Assembly (NCBI GenBank): GCA_963666205.1
Contig: OY762654.1
Location: 928,001 to 992,000 of the forward strand
Reading direction: 5' to 3'
Source: Synergistales bacterium
Lineage (GTDB): Bacteria; Synergistota; Synergistia; Synergistales; JAFGMB01
DNA length: 64,000 nucleotides
Shown one piece after another: positions 57,003 through 64,000 of the stretch (position 1 is its first letter; each line of letters opens with the position of its first letter). The notes under the pieces were generated by a model. The model was not told where the DNA came from, did no database searches, and saw nothing but the letters and a program-made list of their open reading frames with translations. The translations under genes were made by a program, and so were the position numbers.

Positions 57003-58865
57003 TTAGATCTTATCGTTATTCAGACCCAGCTCTATCATCTTTGTTCGGGATGGGATACCATCCTCGTCCCAACCCAGCAATCTGTAATAGAGTTCCCTCG
57101 CCTTCCAGAAATCACCTTCAGGTACGCTCTTTCCCTTCAGCGGACCTTCCGGGATCGGTTCGAAGAGCCTGGCCGGCAGGATGTCATCCTTCTCGCTCAG
57201 ACCCAGCCTGAGATTCACCAGCCGGGCAGCGGTCAGACCCCTTTCAGCCATCTTCATAAGTTCCCAGAGTGATGTTTTCCACCCGAGAGCTGATTCCATA
57301 AGCGAAGGGATCAGGGTATGGGGGAAATAACCCCTTGAAGCAAACACGAAGAAACACATCCCCAGGTGGTTCATCATGCTCCAGCTGAGCCAGAGATAGG
57401 TAACGGCAAGGGTCTTTTTCTCGTCAAGGCTGAGAGGAGAGAGAGCTTCATTAACTCCAAGACATTTAACCGCTTCCATCGGAATGGATCCCTCTTTAGA
57501 AAAAAGAGGGTCATGGGGAAACTGCATATGATCTGCTCCAGCCGGTGCCAGGGCATAGGCCAGGGCAAGCCCGTATTTCCCCCTGGGATCATGAAGGGGG
57601 AGTTCCTGTCCTTTTACATGGAGGGCAAAGCGGTCACTTTCCTTGCCAACCCTTTCGGAAGCCCTCTTAACACCCTCTGCAAGGAGATTCCCGAGCCCTT
57701 CCCGCCGTGATATTTTCTCTATTAGAGGAAGAAGGCCTTCCTCATCTCCAAAACCCTTTATTTCAGCCTCTTCAGGAGACATGATGCCTTCCTCCACACA
57801 TTCCATAAGCCATGCAACGGTCGCCCCGGTGGAAATGGTATCCAGTCCGAAGCGGTTACAGAGTTCATGGGCCTTTGATATGGTTTCCAGGTCATCTATT
57901 CCGCAGAGGGGTCCAAAAGCACCTATTGTCTCGTACTCAGGACCGCCATAGGCGGGGTCCACATTATGCTTTCCACCCTCGACCACCCTTTTACATCTGA
58001 CGGCACAACTGAAACAGGCATAACGGTCTATGAGCATATTTTCATTCATATACCTGCCGCCAATCTTTGAGGCCCCTTCGAAAACTCCTTCCCTGAAGTT
58101 TCTTGTAGGAAGCATTCCGGAATCGTTATTACCCTCGACGGTTGCCGTGGTTCCGAATTCCCTCAGTCCCCAGTAAAAGGGTATTTCCTTCCATCCGATG
58201 TATGCCTCATGCATTTTTTTGAGCAATTCCCTGTCCCAGGGTTCCTGCACCTTTGGATAGGGACATACTACAGCTTTGATCTTTTTTGAACCCATGACGG
58301 CACCCATGCCGGTTCTGCCGTTAGCGTGATGAAGATCATTGAGGATACAGGCATAACGGACAAGATTCTCTCCCCCTGGCCCTATCATTATCGCCGTGAT
58401 CTTACCATGCTCCTTCTTCAGTTCATCCATGGCCGGACCAGTCTCAAGTCCCCATAGATGACTGGCATCCCTGATCTCGACATTTCCATCTTCCACCCAG
58501 ATATATACCGGTTTTTCAGCCTGTCCTTCCATTACAATTGCTTCTATTCCCTGACCCTTCATACCTGGTCCGAAGAATCCTCCTGCCTCTGATTCACCAT
58601 AGGCACCTGTGAGAGGACTTCTGGCATACACTCCGTAACGGCTCAACCCATGAAAGGCAAGCCCGTTCAGAAGTCCGCAGGCTATGATCAGTGGATTGTC
58701 CGGTCCCAGGGGGTCAGTCTCCGGAGCAAGTTTATCCATGAGGACGGGCAGGGCAAGGCCCCTCATACCTCCCCATTTCCGGGCGTAGCTTTCGGGAAGA
58801 TCTTCATTCCTGATATCACCGCTGGAAAGATCTACCCAGGTTCGTCTTCCCTTCCATAAAGTCAT
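57003..58865 (-). CDS. aor: Tungsten-containing aldehyde:ferredoxin oxidoreductase family protein
   Basis: RSPLTG, IGPGGEN, GRTGMGAVMGSK, CFSCAVRC, GPEYET, GLDTIS, LAEG, HDPR. Confidence 0.92.
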   Translation of the reverse strand: MTLWKGRRTWVDLSSGDIRNEDLPESYARKWGGMRGLALPVLMDKLAPETDPLGPDNPLIIACGLLNGLAFHGLSRYGVYARSPLTGAYGESEAGGFFGPGMKGQGIEAIVMEGQAEKPVYIWVEDGNVEIRDASHLWGLETGPAMDELKKEHGKITAIMIGPGGENLVRYACILNDLHHANGRTGMGAVMGSKKIKAVVCPYPKVQEPWDRELLKKMHEAYIGWKEIPFYWGLREFGTTATVEGNNDSGMLPTRNFREGVFEGASKIGGRYMNENMLIDRYACFSCAVRCKRVVEGGKHNVDPAYGGPEYETIGAFGPLCGIDDLETISKAHELCNRFGLDTISTGATVAWLMECVEEGIMSPEEAEIKGFGDEEGLLPLIEKISRREGLGNLLAEGVKRASERVGKESDRFALHVKGQELPLHDPRGKYGLALAYALAPAGADHMQFPHDPLFSKEGSIPMEAVKCLGVNEALSPLSLDEKKTLAVTYLWLSWSMMNHLGMCFFVFASRGYFPHTLIPSLMESALGWKTSLWELMKMAERGLTAARLVNLRLGLSEKDDILPARLFEPIPEGPLKGKSVPEGDFWKARELYYRLLGWDEDGIPSRTKMIELGLNNDKI

Positions 58866-59128
58866 ATTCCATCACTCCCTGCTCAATTATTTCTCCATTA
58901 CACAGCCCTTTATATTGTACTTCAGAATTGTAAAGAGTTCTTGAGATTATTTACATACGCCTGTGAATTGTGATCATTTCGGGGTGAGGGTATTACAATT
59001 TTAAATCAGACCTGCCGGGATTTATCATTTCATATTCTTTCCTTTCAATGATAGGATAATACCTGTTACGGATATTTCTCCTTTTGCTTTAATTATTCAT
59101 GGGAAAAATGATAAGGAGTGACGGTTAT

Positions 59129-60315
59129 ATGCCCCGAAAATATGATTTCGATACAGTAATTGACAGAAGTAATACGAGCTGCGAAAAATGGGACGGAGTT
59201 GAAGAAAGATTCGGAGTACCTGATCTGCATGCAATGTGGGTGGCGGATATGGATTTCAAGGCTCCCCCTGAAGTTATAGAGATCCTTCGCCAGAGGGTCG
59301 ACCATGGAATATTCGGTTATACAGGCAGGTTCGATCCCTACTATGGATCGATCATCGACTGGATGAAGAGAAGGCATGGCTGGGAAGTCAGGAAGGAATG
59401 GCTGTGTCATTCCCCAGGCGTAGTGCCGGCCCTCTCCATGGCTTTGCTGGCCTTCTCCCAGCCCGGCGACAAGGTGATAATACAGCCTCCGGTCTATTAT
59501 CCTTTTTTCGATGTCATCGGCGGCAGAGGACGGACCATACTTGAAAATCCTCTGATCTTTGAAAATGGCCGTTTTTCCATGGACCTGGACGATCTTGAAA
59601 AAAGATCGACCCTTCTGTCAAGGTTATATTCCTCTGCAGCCCCCATAATCCCGTTGGCAGGGTCTGGACCAGGGATGAACTGGAAAGACTCGGCAGAATA
59701 TGTGTCGAGAATGATATCCTCATCATATCTGACGAGATCCATTCTGACATCGTCTTCAAAGGATCCAGACATGTACCCATTGCCAGCCTCTCTGACGAAC
59801 TTGCCAGCAGAAGCATTACATGTATTTCTCCAAGCAAGACCTTTAACATAGCAGGCCTTTCCACCTCGGTTGTGATCATTCCGGACCGCAGGGTCAGGGA
59901 AAATTACCAGAGGATCCTTGATTTCCTGCATATTGACAGCGGAAATGTTTTCGGTACCCTTGCCCTGGAAGCCTCCTACAATTACGGCGAACCATGGCTG
60001 GAAGATCTTCTCATCTACCTGGAAGAAAACCTCGATTTCATGGATGACTTCCTTAAAACGAGGGTCCCTGAAATAAGCCTTATTCGTCCGGAGGGCACCT
60101 ATATCCCCTTAATAGACTGCAGGAGCCTTTGCATGAACGGCCCTGAACTCCAGAATTTCTTTATCAATGAAGCAGGCCTGGCACTGGATGGAGGGGACTG
60201 GTTCGGTACAGGAGGAGAAGGCTTTGCCAGGATTAACATAGCCACCCCAAGGAAACTTCTTGAAGAAGGCCTGGTCAGACTGGAAAAAAGCATATCGCAT
60301 CTCAAGACAAAATAA
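59129..60315 (+). pseudogene. patB: MalY/PatB cystathionine beta-lyase-like PLP enzyme with one frameshift near 59598-59603 (pseudogene or sequencing error)
   Basis: MWVADMDF, HGIFGY, SPGVV in the first frame; after GAAAAAAG the -1 frame continues KIDPSVK..LCSPHNPVGRVW..SDEIH..SPSKTFNIAG into ORF 59872-60315. Confidence 0.88.
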
Positions 60316-60320
60316 TACTG

Positions 60321-60362
60321 TAAAGGGGCGGATCCAGTCTTATGAATGGATCCGCCCCTTTA
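60321..60362. terminator. Bidirectional terminator
   Basis: 16-bp arms taaaggggcggatcca/tggatccgccccttta. Confidence 0.78.
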
Positions 60363-60407
60363 TTCAAATAAGGATCAACCCGATTGGCGCAGGGTACATA
60401 TCTGCTT

Positions 60408-60617
60408 TCAGTCTGATTCTATCATTACGTTGGACGCCTTGATAACAGCGTTGACCTCTTTCCCTTCCACAAGACCCAGGTTCTCCGCCGAAGTCTTCGT
60501 AATGATGGACACTATTTCAACACCCTTTTCCAGCTCCACCACAACTTCAGAATTAACTGCGCCGTGAGTAACCTGTTTGACTTTGCCCTTCAGGACGTTT
60601 CTGGCTGAGATTTTCAC
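60408..60617 (-). CDS. mop: Molybdate/tungstate-binding TOBE protein (molbindin, Mop)
   Basis: ISARNVLKG, GAVNSEV, SIIT..S...LGL..G, IKASNV. Confidence 0.92.
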   Translation of the reverse strand: MKISARNVLKGKVKQVTHGAVNSEVVVELEKGVEIVSIITKTSAENLGLVEGKEVNAVIKASNVMIESD

Positions 60618-60739
60618 AGGAATCCCTCCCTTGATATCTGTTTACCAGGGTAACGATCTATTATATACCAAAGAAAGCCCTTTCCTGCATGTATTTTATC
60701 CGGTAAAGATCCTGTCAGGTTAATCCAGGGACAGAAAGC

Positions 60740-61687
60740 TCAGCTTTCCTGTAGATATCCCACAAGATAACCATCCATCATCAGATGGACAAAGTGGTAG
60801 ATAACACAGACTGCCAGAGCCATACCCAATTGAGGGAAAAGAGTTACCTGGAGAAGAATGGGAAGGGTAAGGGTCTTCTGTCCTCCCATAAAAATTATGC
60901 TCTCCATCTTCCCCCTCTTTATACCAAGAACTTTTACCAGCGAAAATGCTATTAAAAGGATAACCCCGTGAAAAGCTGCAGATAAAATAATAACCGTACC
61001 CACATGGGGAATATTATCCATGATGGCCTCTCTGGAACCGGAAAGGGCCATCCAGATAAGGCACCAGATAAGACACTGGCTTATTACAGAAAGACTTAAC
61101 GGCAGCCTTTCAATTATCCTCCTTGACGGCTTTTGAAGGGTCATACCAAGGAAAAGGGGGAAGAGCACAAGCTGTGCCATCTTCATCATTATTGCTGCTC
61201 CATCAATGGCAACGGGCTCACCTGAAAGATTCATGAGAAGGGGAAGAGTCACGGGTAATGTTACCACTACTATGGTATTGGCAATTATGGTTATGAGAAG
61301 GGCATGGGCCATATTACCCCCGGCACTTCCAGTCATTACAACTCCGCTGGTAAGGGTCGAAGGCACCACTGCAACAAGGATCAGGCCTACAGCTATCTCC
61401 AGGGGAAGAGGCAGGAACGAGAAAAACCAGGCCACTATCGGGGAAACAATGAATATCAGGGCCAGAGCCAGTAATGTACCTTTGTAATCAAGAATTCCGT
61501 CACGGATCTGACTCAGGTTGAGGGAAAAACCGGAAAAGAGGAACATTATGAAGATAACTGAATCTGCTCCCCTGTGATTTTTCAGCCACTCTCCGGATCC
61601 TGGGAAAAAGCCCGAGGGATCCATCATGGTTAAGAGGACAATAATTCCCAGCCCAACAAGAAACCAGTATTTTTTTATAACAGCCAT
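60740..61687 (-). CDS. Bile acid:sodium symporter-like (SBF-like) transporter
   Basis: PSTLTSGVVMT..AGGN.A.A, GGQKTL; multi-TM. Confidence 0.85.
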   Translation of the reverse strand: MAVIKKYWFLVGLGIIVLLTMMDPSGFFPGSGEWLKNHRGADSVIFIMFLFSGFSLNLSQIRDGILDYKGTLLALALIFIVSPIVAWFFSFLPLPLEIAVGLILVAVVPSTLTSGVVMTGSAGGNMAHALLITIIANTIVVVTLPVTLPLLMNLSGEPVAIDGAAIMMKMAQLVLFPLFLGMTLQKPSRRIIERLPLSLSVISQCLIWCLIWMALSGSREAIMDNIPHVGTVIILSAAFHGVILLIAFSLVKVLGIKRGKMESIIFMGGQKTLTLPILLQVTLFPQLGMALAVCVIYHFVHLMMDGYLVGYLQES

Positions 61688-61832
61688 TTGCTACACCTCA
61701 AGTTCTCTGGAATTATAGTAAAGTCCGACTCCACTCATTTCTGATCCTTTAATTTCAATATCATAAAAAAGCCATATAGTGTTACAATTCTATTCAATTG
61801 TGTTACTACATCCCGGCAGAAAGGCACTGACC

Positions 61833-63029
61833 ATGACCAGAAAAGAAAAGACAAAGGGAAATTACTTCCAGATACTCCTCCTGTCACTGGGTCACCTGCT
61901 CAATGACATACACGGCAATTTCCTTCCTACCTTCCTCCCTGAGATAATAGGGAAATTGGGACTTTCCCTTACTCAGGCCGGAGTTCTTACATCTCTGCCC
62001 GGTTTGATCCATCTTTTCCTCCAGCCCATGCTCGGCTATCTCTCTGACAGCCAGTCCAGACCTTATATGATAATTTTCGGGCCCATGATAACTGCTTTCG
62101 GTGCCTCAATGCTTCCTCTTTCTCCAACCTATGGATTCTCCTTTCTCATAGTAGGGATCTGGGGCATAGGTAGCGCAATCTTTCATCCCCAGGGTCTGGG
62201 TACTGTTGGATATTTAACATCTCCTGGACATATTTCATTTAATATTTCCCTTTTCCAGGTAGGAGGGGCCTTAGGCATGACCCTCAGTTCACTTTATGCC
62301 GTATCCCTTGTCAAGACTGTAGGACTTGAATACATGCCTGTGGTATGCATGATCCCGGTAAGCATAATGGCCTTATTGTACTATTTTTACATTCCAGATA
62401 TCCATGGTGATAGAGAGAAAGGGAAATCCCGTAAAACAGGCTTTTTCAGAACTGCCATTGGAGTTTTTAAAAAAATATGGCCCGTATGGACAGTCGCCTT
62501 TACTCGAGACCTGACAACCCAGGCTATAAGGTTTCTCATTCCGGTTCTCATATCTTCCCAGGGAGGCGGGCTCGGCAGGATCGGAACCATCCTTTTCCTT
62601 CTGAACCTTTCAAGATCAATTCTCACTATGATCGTTGCAAGGATCTCAGACTCAATCGGGAAACGGCCTACACTGCTTATCACCCTGGGGGTTTCCCCTC
62701 TTCTGCTTTCTGCTTCAGTTCTCAATGAAGGGATCCTTTCCCTGGTCCTTCTGGCAGCAGGCTTTGCCCTTGTAGGGTGCAGCCTTCCAATAACTGCAGC
62801 TACAGCACAGGAACTGGCACCGGGATCAAGAAGCATGGCAAGTTCCCTTATCATGGGTCTATCCTTTGGCATAAGCGGACTTATGATGACACCGGCAGGA
62901 GCGTTGGCAGACCTGGTCGGGATAAAGACCACCATGCTCTGTGTGGTCTTCATTCCCTGGGTCTCTGTAGTAATACTCCTCAGCAGGTGGAGAGAAATAC
63001 CCCTCAATTCTGCACAGGATCAGGAATAG
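61833..63029 (+). CDS. MFS transporter (Fsr-like)
   Basis: GHLLND, QP.LGYLSD, GSAIFHPQG, AQELAPG..SMASSL.MG. Confidence 0.88.
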   Translation: MTRKEKTKGNYFQILLLSLGHLLNDIHGNFLPTFLPEIIGKLGLSLTQAGVLTSLPGLIHLFLQPMLGYLSDSQSRPYMIIFGPMITAFGASMLPLSPTYGFSFLIVGIWGIGSAIFHPQGLGTVGYLTSPGHISFNISLFQVGGALGMTLSSLYAVSLVKTVGLEYMPVVCMIPVSIMALLYYFYIPDIHGDREKGKSRKTGFFRTAIGVFKKIWPVWTVAFTRDLTTQAIRFLIPVLISSQGGGLGRIGTILFLLNLSRSILTMIVARISDSIGKRPTLLITLGVSPLLLSASVLNEGILSLVLLAAGFALVGCSLPITAATAQELAPGSRSMASSLIMGLSFGISGLMMTPAGALADLVGIKTTMLCVVFIPWVSVVILLSRWREIPLNSAQDQE

Positions 63030-63038
63030 GACATACAG

Positions 63039-64000
63039 ATGAAAAAGCTCACGTCCAGAGATCCCCTTTTTAAAATTGCCCTTGTTTCCCTTGGACATTT
63101 TATAAACGACAGTCACGGAAATTTTCTTTCAGTGTTCCTTCCTTCAATAGTAGGGAGGCTGGGACTGTCCCTTACCCAGGCTGGATTTCTGTCTTCCATA
63201 CCAGGAATAATGCACATCCTTGCGCAGCCGATCCTCGGCTACCTGTCGGACAGGACATCCAGCTCATACATGATCATAATCGGCCCATTTATTACAGCAC
63301 TTGGAGCATCGCTGCTGCCCGGGGCAGCCAATTATCCCCTGGCCCTGCTGTTCGTGGCTCTATGGGGACTGGGAAGTGCAACTTTTCATCCCCAGGCTAA
63401 TGGTGCCATAGGCTATCTGGGCGGAACTGAAGGCCTTGCCTTCAACCTCTCTCTCTTTTCCCTTGCCGGGATGCTTGGCTTCACCATAAGCCCCATATAC
63501 GCCATTTCCCTGTATAAGGCTCTTGGAACGGTACTTATGCCCGTGGTTACAATTATCCCCGTATGTATTACGGCCCTGCTCTTTTACAGATTTGTGCCTG
63601 TCATCAAGGACCCCGGGAACTATCCCGATTCTCCTGACAGAAATATTATCAGGGCCCTTCATAACGTCCTGAAAAAGATCATTCGTGTGTGGGCTCTATC
63701 CTATGCCAGAGACGTCACTCTGCAGGGATTCAAGTTCCTCCTTCCCCTCCTTATTGCATCAAGGGGAGGCGGGATCGAAAAGATCGGGTCAATCCTTTTT
63801 GCAATTACCCTTTCTTCAGCAGTTATGCCCCTGGCTGCGGGCAGACTGTCCCTTAAGATAGACAAGACAAAACTGACCCTCATATGCATAGGTGCCGCTC
63901 CATTCTTCCTCATTCCGGCAGTTATGACCAGCGGTTTTGTTTCTCTGTTACTTCTGATGGCCGGCAACGGGCTTCTCGAAGCTACAAATCCTCTGACTAC
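63039..64000 (+). CDS. Second tandem Fsr-like MFS transporter, 3'-truncated by the window edge (absent from the ORF track)
   Basis: Hand translation MKKLTSRDPLFKIALVSLGHFINDSHGNF...QPILGYLSD...GSATFHPQ; paralogue of the upstream gene. Confidence 0.87.
   Translation, partial: MKKLTSRDPLFKIALVSLGHFINDSHGNFLSVFLPSIVGRLGLSLTQAGFLSSIPGIMHILAQPILGYLSDRTSSSYMIIIGPFITALGASLLPGAANYPLALLFVALWGLGSATFHPQANGAIGYLGGTEGLAFNLSLFSLAGMLGFTISPIYAISLYKALGTVLMPVVTIIPVCITALLFYRFVPVIKDPGNYPDSPDRNIIRALHNVLKKIIRVWALSYARDVTLQGFKFLLPLLIASRGGGIEKIGSILFAITLSSAVMPLAAGRLSLKIDKTKLTLICIGAAPFFLIPAVMTSGFVSLLLLMAGNGLLEATNPLT

Noticed and set aside
1-64000. CRISPR arrays, tRNA/rRNA, transposases, integrases, prophage or defence genes
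   Set aside because: No regularly spaced repeats, cloverleafs or mobile-element protein motifs found by eye; intergenic gaps are short

Overview
A gene-dense, core-metabolic window from an anaerobic, amino-acid-fermenting diderm bacterium. The gene content (orphan prepilin paralogues, LysW cluster, class II RNR, tungsten AOR) suggests Synergistota, which is an inference. In order it holds: the end of a liv ABC operon; a GT4 glycolipid-type glycosyltransferase; a ThiS-like carrier; a folate-dependent histidine utilisation operon (hutH-ftcD-hutI-fchA-hutU); two orphan prepilins; ykuK and a methyltransferase; a complete LysW amino-group-carrier cluster (lysW-X-Y-Z-J-K, with lysW missed by the ORF track) followed by a RocB-like peptidase; two tandem Na/Pi cotransporters; a large MscS; a FabX/NMO-like flavoprotein; yedE/yedF; an 8-gene double molybdenum-hydroxylase/SsnA/DHODH-like operon; an agmatinase-like enzyme, a D-amino-acid PLP enzyme, TauE, SPOR and SLT genes; metK with a SAM-I riboswitch; nrdJ with tandem NrdR boxes; crcB with a fluoride riboswitch; AOR; a frameshifted patB; mop; and several transporters. 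I found no tRNA, rRNA, CRISPR array, transposase or prophage. The best candidates for something new are (1) the LysW cluster with an atypical LysX pocket, an internal attenuator-like leader and rocB, (2) the double-XDH/SsnA/DHODH-like operon, and (3) several unannotated cis-elements.
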